Made by a program: the position numbers and the translations under genes
Notes under the pieces: model-generated
Told to the model about the DNA's origin: nothing
The model's database searches: none
Seen by the model: only the letters and a program-made list of their open reading frames with translations
From: the human T2T-CHM13v2.0 reference genome, Homo sapiens
Direction: 5' to 3' (one strand)
DNA length: 64,000 nucleotides
Assembly: GCF_009914755.1 (NCBI RefSeq)
Contig: NC_060946.1
Shown here: piece after piece, positions 53,231-64,000 of the stretch
How positions within the stretch are numbered: position 1 is the first letter of the stretch
Layout of the letters: each line of letters opens with the position of its first letter

Positions 53231-54442
53231 GGGGAGCAGAAGCAGACCCTGTGCATCACTCAGGGCCCAGCTGGCAGGGAGCCTGGGCTGGCAGCCTGTG
53301 TGTGACATCTGTCTCTACAATCCTATTTTCTCCTCTCCTGACACGGCACCACCACGGCGCATGAGTAGCCAGCCTGGAAGGAACTTAGAGGAATGCGTGT
53401 GGGTGAGCGCAGCAGCTTGGGCCCAGGGCCCCTGCAGGGCCAGGGCCCACTTGGGACAATCCTCAGTCCTGGGGTGCCCCCTCCTGGTTACTCTGGGAAA
53501 TCATGCAAGTCAGACTTGGCCAGAGCAAGGATTCTGAAACCACTCTCCCAGACACCCATGACACAGGGGAAGAAACTGAGGCACGGTGGCCAGAACAAAA
53601 CAGGGGCCCAACACATACTGTCAAATGAATGAAGGAATGAGCAAGCAGGTAAGTGAACTGTAGCAAGAAGACAACCAGCAATTGATCCTTTAAAGTATGA
53701 CATAAAACCTACTAAACAGCCAATATTTGTTGAGCGCTAGCCACATGCCAGGCGCCCTGCCAGGTGCAGAGGGTGCCATGGTGAAAACGGCCTTCCAGTG
53801 TGGCCACTGATAGGAAACCATACCAATGGCCACCAGCATTCACTGGGAGCCAGCTAAGCCCTGCTCAGAGACTGTCCCAGCTAAGCCACACAGGTGACAC
53901 CCACGTTCCCACAGGTGATGGTACTGCCCAAGGTCACACGCTGGTAAGAACAGAGCCACTGAAATAGATGCCCTCGCCACCCCCCAGGCCCCCCACCCAG
54001 AGGCCCATGAAGGACACCACCTGGGGCACAGTCACACTCGCTAATCCAGAGGCCACGACACTCAGTGTACCCCCAGAACAGATCTCCTGGGCGTCTGCCA
54101 CATTGCCTCCTTCCCTTCCTCCCTCTGCTCATTGTCCAACTGTCCCCTGCATACCCGGTGTCCCAGGCCTCCCTTCTGGGCCCTTCACAGATCATGAGCA
54201 GCACTCAGTAAACCCCGCGATGAAGGGCCGAGGCTCCCCACCCTGACCCTCACTGAGGCTTCTGTTCGTGAGCTTGTCAGTACCACAGCCCCCTACTCCT
54301 AATGGTGCGCCCAGTGTTGGTGGATGGCAGAAAAAGACAAGGGGAGGAGATGGGGAAAAGCAAACTCGTACATTTTAGAAGAAAATATGGCAGAATATCT
54401 TCATGAGTCAGGGTAAAGAAAGATTATCTTACACGGCACTCA

Positions 54443-55551
<1,109 letters not shown>

Positions 55552-56611
55552 TCAATAAGAAATGGAAAAACAACTCGGCAACAGAATGAACACACTCTCT
55601 CCAGAGGCACTGGGCAGGAGAGGAATCTGATGAGGTGTCAGGCAGAGGGAAGATGTTTCCTCTCACCAGGACAGGGACAGTAAAGCCATATCACAGTGAA
55701 ACACCATAGCACATCCATCAGGCTGGGATATGCCCCGGGCTCTCTGGAGGCCAGAGGCTGGGCTGGAAGCAGTTGCAATATCCAGCAAAGCTGAAGGCAA
55801 ACACATTCTCCCTGGCCCAGCGATGCCCTCCCTGGCAGATGCTCTAGGGGACTCTCCTTCCAGGGTACCAGGAAGCCCTGGGCAGGAACAGCCATGGCAC
55901 AGTCCTTTTGCAGTACAGGAGTACAAACAACCAACAAGCCTGCCAGCCTGGGATGGGTGAGTGTATCATGATACATTCAAACACCGGAACAGTGTGCAGT
56001 GATGGAAATGAATGAAATACAGCCAGTGGCGCAACATGGATTCATCTCAAAATTTCTATAAATCTCTAATGTTATTTAGGTTTTTTAAGGTTTTGGAAGT
56101 AACAGAGGGATACATACAGCAAGATCCACTTACATAGTTTTAAAACATGCAAAACAAGATTATATATCGTCCATATGTAATTATATCTGTGGTAAAATAT
56201 AAAGATATGCATTTTGGGGACATAGTCACCAGATTATTAGTAGCTCAAGGAAAGGCAGGAGGAAGAGTGCTCTGGGTGGGGGGAGGTTCACAGGGTGCTT
56301 GGACTGTACCTATGATTTCTTCAAATAAAAATTTCAAGCAAGTATAAAATATGGATATAGAATGTAAAGATTTGGCAAAGCTGGCTGGTGGTATCCAATG
56401 TTCCTTATCACCATCTCTGTACTTCTCTGAATGCTTTAAATAGGTCACAATCATTGTAAGAGGACTGGTTGAGAGCAGCAAGTCCCCTGTCTCCACACTC
56501 CAAGAATGAGGGGACTAGACCCTCGCTTATTCCTCAGGTTCCTGCATGGTGAGCACAGGGCATTAATTTAGCTCAACCCAGCACTGGTCCCCCATGGATC
56601 ACCCTAATACC

Positions 56612-56790
56612 CCAGGGGCTCTCAACCCTGGGGCATGCATGACTGTCATTCAAGGTGCATTTTCAGAAATATGTGTGCAGGGCCCCACCCCCAGAGACTG
56701 CTCCTGGTGGCCTGGGAGAGGACCAGGGGCACGGTGGTGTTTTTAAAAAACCACAGGCCTAGTGTGCTCAACTCCCAGGCCAGATCAGCT
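56612..56790. mobile_element. MER5-like hAT-Charlie fragment
   Basis: caggggctctcaaccctgg...gggccccacccccagagact...tttttaaaaa resembles the MER5 family. Confidence 0.5.
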
Positions 56791-57581
56791 GGAAGAAGAT
56801 GTGCTTCAGGAGCCAAGCAACAATCCTAGACCCTCACAGGCTCTGCTCTGTTGGGCCTGCCTATCTGCACCTGATCCCGTAGTCATTTCTCTCTGAGCCT
56901 TAACCCAGGGAATGCTCACGCCTGGCCTTGAATGTTTGCACTCCATCCTTGGGCAGGACGCTGAGCTATACACCAGGCCAGTGTTTCCACTTCAACCTCA
57001 TTTCTGGCCTCTGAGGCAGGTACTTTAGACATGGGAAATAACCTGTCCAGGGCACACGGGGAGTGAGGGGAAGGGCAGAGGGAACCCAGGTTCATCTGAC
57101 TCCTGGGCTACAATATCTGTTTGTCCACCTTGAGCTAAGGTATCCGCTTCAAGGCCTCCTATCATGGCCCTTGAAATAATTCCCTCGTCTAAAAATACTC
57201 ATTGCATCATGCGACCAGGCAGGTATCAATCTGCCATAAATCTTAACTCTCGAGCCGTGGTATCGGGTAGCTGTTACCCTGGACTCCCCATCTAGTCAGC
57301 AGGGCCAGTGGGACAGGAACTGTATGCAACATTGCCTCTGGGACGGGCCTTCTTTATCCCTTAAATGTGTGCTATGGTATTTCACAAAAGAAAACATTTA
57401 CAGGACATCCCCTTTTAATCATCAGGGAAATATAAATTAAAACCAAAATGAGATACTACTACACACCCACCAAAATAGCTAAAATAAAAAGACAGAAAAA
57501 AATCTATGATTAATGAGGATATAAATCACCTGGAACTCTCATATACTGCTAGTGGAAGTATAAATTGGTACAAGTATTTTA

Positions 57582-57880
57582 TTCATTTTTTTTAGAGACA
57601 GGATCTTGCTATGTTGCTCAGGCTGGAGTGCAGTGGTTATTCATAGGTACAGTCCCATTACTGATCGGCACAGGAGTTTTGACCTGCTTTGTTTCTGATC
57701 TGGGCTGGTTCACCCCTCCTTAGGCAATCTGGTGGTCCCCCCATCTCGGGAGGTCGCCATATTGATGCCAAACAGTGCGGACACCCGACTGGCGTAGGGC
57801 ACTACAGCCTAGAACTCCTAGGCTCAAGCAATACACCTGCTTTAGCCTCTTGGGTAGCTGGGACATGGCATGTGCAGATG
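57582..57880 (-). pseudogene. 7SL (SRP RNA) processed pseudogene, RN7SL-type
   Basis: Reverse complement contains the 7SL S-domain absent from Alu (ggcatcaatatggcgacctcccgag...ggaccaccagattgcctaaggaggggtgaaccagcccagatcagaaacaaagcaggtcaaaactcc). A-tail present. TSD caagtatttta at 57571 and 57881. Confidence 0.92.
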
Positions 57881-58373
57881 CAAGTATTTTAGAAAACCAT
57901 TGGGTAGTACCTTCTAAAAGCTGAACATAATCTTACCCAGGCCAGCCATTCTCTTCTTAGGTATGTTTCAAAATAAATGCATATACATGTCCATCAAAAG
58001 ACATTTATAAGGGTGTTCATAGCCACTCTATTCTTGGTAGCCATAAGCTAGAAACAATTCAGATGTCCGTCAGCAACGGAATGGGTAAGTAAACTGTTGT
58101 ATACTCACATAGTGTAAATACCATACTCCAGCATAAACAAGCAAAAATCAGTAATACATCCCACACGTAAATCTCAGAAATAAAACGTTAAGCAAAAGTA
58201 GCTACAAGCAAGATATTACAAGCTGGATGTTTCCATTTATGTAAAGTTTTAAAAGGGGCATCATCTATGGTCTTATAAATTGAAGATACCATTTATCATT
58301 GGTAAGGGTAATACCCAGTATGGGCATGTGGGAAGTTTCTGGAGAGGTGGTAAATACTCTCTACATGTCTTGA

Positions 58374-58750
<377 letters not shown>

Positions 58751-58889
58751 GGATATGTGCTTTTCTAATATGTATGTTGTAATTTAATAAAAAGTGGACG
58801 ATCTACACCCTGGTACATATGTGACCTGGAGAGGAGACCGACGGACAACTTGAGTGCCCGACAGATCTGTGTGCAGGACGCAAGCCTAC

Positions 58890-59008
58890 CTCTAGGCACC
58901 TGGACCAGCTGCATGTATGCCTTGTACAGGTTCCCCCGGCAGACTGGGCTGGGGTCATTCAGCAGGAAGGACAGGGCAAGGACGATGTCGTGCTCTAGAA
59001 AGGCGTAT
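58890..59008 (-). CDS. RSPH14: Radial spoke head 14 homolog, next internal exon, 119 nt
   Basis: Acceptor cctcccttccctAG at 59010-59009. AG|A completes an Arg codon from the previous exon. Encodes [39 protein letters not shown](G). Donor G|GTAGG at 58889, phase 1. Confidence 0.93.
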
Positions 59009-59446
59009 CTAGGGAAGGGAGGGTGGACAGTGACATAAGTGAGACCATGCCCTGAGAGGCTCAAATTAGAAGAGTCAGGGTCCCTGCTGGAGTCTGATCC
59101 ATGCTATCTGGGGTAGACCACATTCCTCTGGCTTTGTGGGAGCAGACAAAGGCTACAGGTGCGTGATCCATCTCACCTGAACCTCCAGGGGAGCGAGCTC
59201 AGCAGGCCCAGCCCACCTTGGCCCCTTGTTCTTCTGGTCTCCCTTGCCTCCACATCTATGTACACCAGTTATGCTTGTTGTTATCATTATATAAGTTCAG
59301 TAAATATTAGGCAAGCCAATTAGATGAGAAGAGGATTTTCTTTTTCAAATTTGTTTATGAGAAAAAGTTGAATGCTTTGGAAGGACTCAAAATTGAGCCC
59401 CAACTCCCAACCAAAAAAAAAAAAAAAAAAAAAAAAGGAGATGATT

Positions 59447-59743
59447 GGCTGGGCGCAGTGGCTCACACTTGTAATCCCAGCACCTTAGGAGACCTAGGCG
59501 GATAGATGACTTGAGGTCAGGAGTTCGAGACCAGCCTGGCCAACATGGCAAAACCCCGTCTCTACTAAAAATACAAAAAATCAACCAAGCTTGGTGGCAC
59601 ATGCCTGTAATCCCAGCTACTCAGAAGGCTGAGGCACAAGATCACTTGAGCCCAGGAAGCAGAGGTTGCAGTGACCTGCAACTGCACCACTGCCCTCCAG
59701 CCTGGGTGACAGAATGAGACTGTCTCAAAAAAGACAAAAAAAA
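59447..59743 (+). mobile_element. Alu
   Basis: Full dimer; TSD gagatgatt on both sides. Confidence 0.93.
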
Positions 59744-59766
59744 GAGATGATTGTAAAAGATTCTAG

Positions 59767-60044
59767 ATAGCTCACACCTAATCCCAGTGCTTTGGGAGAC
59801 TAAGGTGGTAGAATCACTTGGGCCAGGAGTTCAAGACCAGCCTGGGCAACATGGTGAGACCCAGTCCCTACTAAAATGTTAAAAGTTAGCCAGGCATGGT
59901 GGTGTGTGCCTGTGTTCCCACCTACTCAGTAGGCTAAGGTGGGAGGATCGTTTGAGCCTAGGAGTTTAAGGCTACAGTGAGCTAGGATCATGCCACTAAA
60001 CTCCAGCATGGATGACAGAGCTAGACCTTGTCTCTTAAAAAATA
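59767..60044 (+). mobile_element. AluJ-like element
   Basis: Diverged dimer with ggaggatcgtttgagcctaggagtttaaggctacagtgagc; flanked by aaaagattctag. Confidence 0.88.
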
Positions 60045-60055
60045 AAAAGATTCTA

Positions 60056-60394
<339 letters not shown>

Positions 60395-61030
60395 AAAAGA
60401 TTCTAGAAGGGTTTTGCATACAGGTTATTTCATTAATGTCTTTGAGTTCTTGCTCTACTTTAAAAAAACCAAAGCTGCAAATCAGACGATGTTATGAGTA
60501 TGGTTTAAGCAAAAAAAATATGATAGGAAACACCAACCAGTGGTCTCATATCCGACAAAAAGCCTGGGTCCCACATGGGGATTGATGAATGCCTTATCAT
60601 TTGTGTTTTGGGTTAAAATGAACCATTTAAAGGAAACCATTTCTTCAGTTCCTTGCTTTGTAATCATTTCTTTTGATTAACCAACTGACTGCTGGGCCTG
60701 AATGCATCTGAAAGAGGCCTTCTGAGGTCACGTCTCTGAGGGCTGGGTTCAGGAATGAATGAGAATGCATGTGCAAACCCCTCAGCCAAGTGCCCACAGG
60801 AAGTGCCCAACCAGCTGTGCCACTGCGGCATTTATTATAAATAAAAATAAATTTTATTTATTTTATTTATTTATTTATTTTCACTTATGGTGTGTTTTGA
60901 ATCGTCTGGAAAAAGAAAGTCACCGTTGGACACACAAGTTGCAGGGGTCTTCCCTGACCACGGGGGCTTCCTTGGTCCGTGTCTAGTCACCCACTCCATG
61001 TCTCTCATGCTTTGATAGTCAGTTGTGTTT

Positions 61031-61258
61031 GCCTGTGTGCCTCCTCACCAGAGGCAAGCAAGAGGGCAGGGAACAGGCTGCCAGGAAGCTCTCTTGTCCG
61101 TGGGATGTCATGCAAATTAACTCCTCAAGGTGACAAGATGCCAAGCCCAGGGCTGCTATCCTCATTCCCCCTTCCTGTCACTACTTCTGTGGGTAGAAGA
61201 GGCAGAAGAGTTTCAACCTGGGCAGTTCAGGGCAGCTACTTAGAGCTTGATGGGCTCT
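61031..61258 (+). repeat. 228-bp segment, source copy of a direct duplication
   Basis: Matches 62162-62389 with one visible mismatch (gtgggatgtc versus gtggggtgtc). Confidence 0.95.
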
Positions 61259-61490
61259 GAAAGCTATTGACATTGGTTATAAGATCACCACTGACCTCAA
61301 GGGAAATTTAGAAGTTGGCCACATTTCTGAGAACGCTGAAGGAGTGCACGGGCCAGGCCATTATCAGGTCCCTGGTCAGGGATGGTCACTTCACCATGTC
61401 TTCCTGCCTTGCTAATGTGGGCACAGCCAGGACCCCTGGCTTAGGCACTCTAGGTGCTGCTAAACAAATCCTTACTACCATTCATTATAA

Positions 61491-61569
61491 GTAGGTTGAT
61501 GCAAAAGTAATTGCGGTTTTTACCACTACTTTTAATTGCAAAACTGCAATTACTTTTGCACTAACCTGA
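61491..61569. mobile_element. MADE1 (Hsmar1-derived mariner MITE)
   Basis: taggttgatgcaaaagtaattgcggttttt...aaaactgcaattacttttgcactaacct; about 80-bp palindrome matching recalled MADE1. Confidence 0.92.
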
Positions 61570-62030
61570 TAATTGCTCAGGCTTCAGGGACCTGTCCTCT
61601 CAGCATCTGTCCCCCCTAACTGGGGATTACTACCTAATGTCCACATCAGGTCCAGAAAAGTAGGGAGGAAAAACCAGCAAGAAAGGTGACTTGACTCCTG
61701 TGTGCCCCTAACCTTTTAAAGCACCTTGCCTGGGTCATCTAAGATCTGCAGAGTGAGGCTGGGATTAGGATTGTTGCCCAGATCACAGAGCAGGAAAGAG
61801 TGGGCCCCCCAAAAGGCTGGGGCTTGTGTCCCTACTTCACTGGTCTGTCTGCAGTGCCAGCCTGCCCTTCTTGGTACAAAGCATGTGAATTAGGGTGCTA
61901 GCCATGGCACCACCTCCACACACACATGCACGGTTCACACAGGGCCGGGGCTGCACACAGGATCAGCCACCAAGGCAGCGAGAGCTTGGGGACTAGCAGG
62001 GCTGAGTGACTTTGGGTTTTATGAGATGCC

Positions 62031-62164
62031 CTGCAGCCTCTGCCTCTCTGGGTTCAAGCAATTCTTGTGCCTCAGCCTCCTGAGTAGCTGGGACTACAGG
62101 CATGTGTCATCATGCTCAGCTAATTTTTGTATTTTTAGTAGAGACTGGTTTCACCATGTTGGCC
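62031..62164 (-). mobile_element. Internal Alu fragment, inverted copy of 63235-63368
   Basis: No Alu head, tail or TSD. 4 mismatches in 134 bp to the neighbouring Alu, with shared private variants. Confidence 0.9.
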
Positions 62165-62389
62165 TGTGTGCCTCCTCACCAGAGGCAAGCAAGAGGGCAG
62201 GGAACAGGCTGCCAGGAAGCTCTCTTGTCCGTGGGGTGTCATGCAAATTAACTCCTCAAGGTGACAAGATGCCAAGCCCAGGGCTGCTATCCTCATTCCC
62301 CCTTCCTGTCACTACTTCTGTGGGTAGAAGAGGCAGAAGAGTTTCAACCTGGGCAGTTCAGGGCAGCTACTTAGAGCTTGATGGGCTCT
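62162..62389 (+). repeat. 228-bp direct duplicate of 61031-61258
   Basis: The ORF track shows near-identical peptides at 60979 and 62026. Confidence 0.95.
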
Positions 62390-63143
62390 AAGTAAAGGTT
62401 AGGGGCACACAGGAGTCAAGTCACCTTTCCTGCTGTTTTTTTTCCCTTCAAATCCTGAACCGATTTGAAGCCTCTCTGAATGGCTGCCTGTTTACACCAA
62501 ACAACCCCCAAGGCAGTCAGCACCTTGCCTTTCTTGTCTTTTCTTCCTTCTGGGCCTGTGCACACTGGGCAGTGGCCCCCTTTATCCGAAAGACCTGGGC
62601 CAGGGCTTGGGGGTGTTTGTGATGTGGGGTTCTGTTTTTTTGGGGGGTGGGGACGGGGGCTGGTGGGGAGAGGTTCCAGTGAAAACTGGAAAACCTGCTA
62701 GAAAAATTCTAAAAGAGCTGTAACACTGGGGTTTTGTTTCTAATACAAAGTAAAACTACTGATCGCCAGTCAAGAGGGTGAACCCAGCTGATGTGGGAAA
62801 GCACCTCCAACCACCCTCACCCTGTTGCCCCAACACCTAACTAAAATACTCTATAAAATTTTTTTTAAGTGTAAAAAGTGAAGCTGTGCTTACACAGGAA
62901 AAGGACACTTCCAGGTGCCAGAAACCAAGAACTCAGCCATCATGAACAGGAAGTGAGGCCACCAGACCAGATACTCACTTTGAGGATGTTATTTTAACAC
63001 CCTCACAGGGACAGGAGCCAAAGCCACAGCCCCTGTGGGGATCTGGGTTGGGGAACTGGGCTCTCTGTAAAAAGCTAAGAAGTGGCAAAATTGTTGCAGA
63101 AGTAAGATCTGAACTTTCTTCCCACCTTGAAAGTGGGAAGCTC

Positions 63144-63460
63144 AGCTAGGTGCAGTGGCTCATGCCTGTAATCCCAGCATTTTAGGAGGCCGAGGCAGGC
63201 AGATCACTTGAGGCCAGGAATTTGAAACCAGGCTGGCCAACGTGGTGAAACCAGTCTCTACTAAAAATACAAAAATTAGCTGAGCGTGATGACACATGCC
63301 TGTAGTCCCAGCTACTCAGGAGGCTGAGGCACAAGAATTGCTTGAACCCAAAGAGGCAGGGGCTGCAGTGAGCTGAGATCGTGTCACCGTACTCCAGCCT
63401 GGGTGACAGAGTGAGAGACTGTCTCAAAAAAGAAAGAAAAGAAAGAGAGAGAGAGAGAGC
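63144..63460 (+). mobile_element. Alu with (GAAA)/(GA)n tail
   Basis: Full dimer. Confidence 0.93.
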
Positions 63461-63703
63461 GCTCAGAGCTTGGAACTAACATAAAATAAATAAAAATCAG
63501 TCTGGAACAGAGGGCCCCATAAGATCCACACAGAGGCAACCAAAACCACCCCACAAAGAGTCCTGCTCTGGCTAAATAGAAGCCCCTGCAAAAACTGATG
63601 CGGCAGACAACACTCCAGAGCACTCTAAGCAGCTCAAGTGCATCCACCCAGGGGAGAAGTGCGGCTCGCAAGCGTCACACTGGTTTCCAGAACAGCATCC
63701 CAC

Positions 63704-63806
63704 CTGCCCACGCTATGGCTTGCCGTGATGTGGAGCACCTCGGTGGTCTTTATGCGCACCATACTGTTGCTATCCTTCAGCAAAGCTTTCAGGTTCTCCA
63801 TACAGC
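63704..63806 (-). CDS. RSPH14: Radial spoke head 14 homolog (RTDR1), internal exon, 103 nt
   Basis: Minus-strand poly-T tract and ctAG acceptor (63808-63807). Encodes (G)[33 protein letters not shown](R), an armadillo/HEAT-like segment matching recalled RSPH14. Donor cag|GTGGGA at 63703. Phase is compatible with the next exon. Confidence 0.93.
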
Positions 63807-64000
63807 CTAGAAAAAAAAAAAAAAACAAACAAACCAACCCTTGAATTTTTGCCAGTCTCAGAAACCAACCAACCCAGAAGTCAATAAGTGGGCCAGTTGG
63901 GGCAGGAATGTACCAGAGTTTCTGCTGCTTTGGGGCACTGGGGAATCATGTTGGTTATGCAGCATTTCAGAGTCACTGAAGAGGCTCATGTCTCATCCAA

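Noticed and set aside
57582-57880. Functional 7SL RNA gene
   Set aside because: Many substitutions, a degraded 5' end, an A-tail and a TSD inside an L1 show it is a retrocopy.
60979-62391. Duplicated small gene (two near-identical ORFs)
   Set aside because: The identity comes from the 228-bp DNA duplication; no ATG or splice context and no coding signature.

Overview
GC-rich mammalian DNA. The proteins and the Alu, LTR8 and 7SL content identify it as the human GNAZ/RSPH14 (RTDR1) locus at 22q11.2. On the + strand are both coding exons of GNAZ (G-alpha-z, 355 aa; CDS 20568-21290 joined to 47959-48303), its uORF-rich 5'UTR segment and its 3'UTR with two poly(A) signals; non-coding exon 1 is not seen and presumably lies upstream. 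On the - strand are two internal RSPH14 coding exons (63806-63704 and 59008-58890). No further canonical RSPH14 exon appears to the left, so GNAZ sits antisense inside a very large RSPH14 intron. The rest is intronic: Alus, a solo LTR8, MER47A, MER63A, MADE1, L1/L2/MIR relics, a 7SL retrocopy and tandem repeats. Almost all other entries in the ORF track are noise. I see no new multi-gene system. The most unusual observations are: (i) a three-piece, locally templated insertion at about 62030-62440 that looks like a template-switch scar; (ii) an in-frame candidate RSPH14 terminal exon antisense to the GNAZ 3'UTR; (iii) a 101-bp inverted repeat around an 882-bp spacer; (iv) the GNAZ uORF architecture. 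Repeat family names come from recalled consensus sequences, not from a RepeatMasker run.
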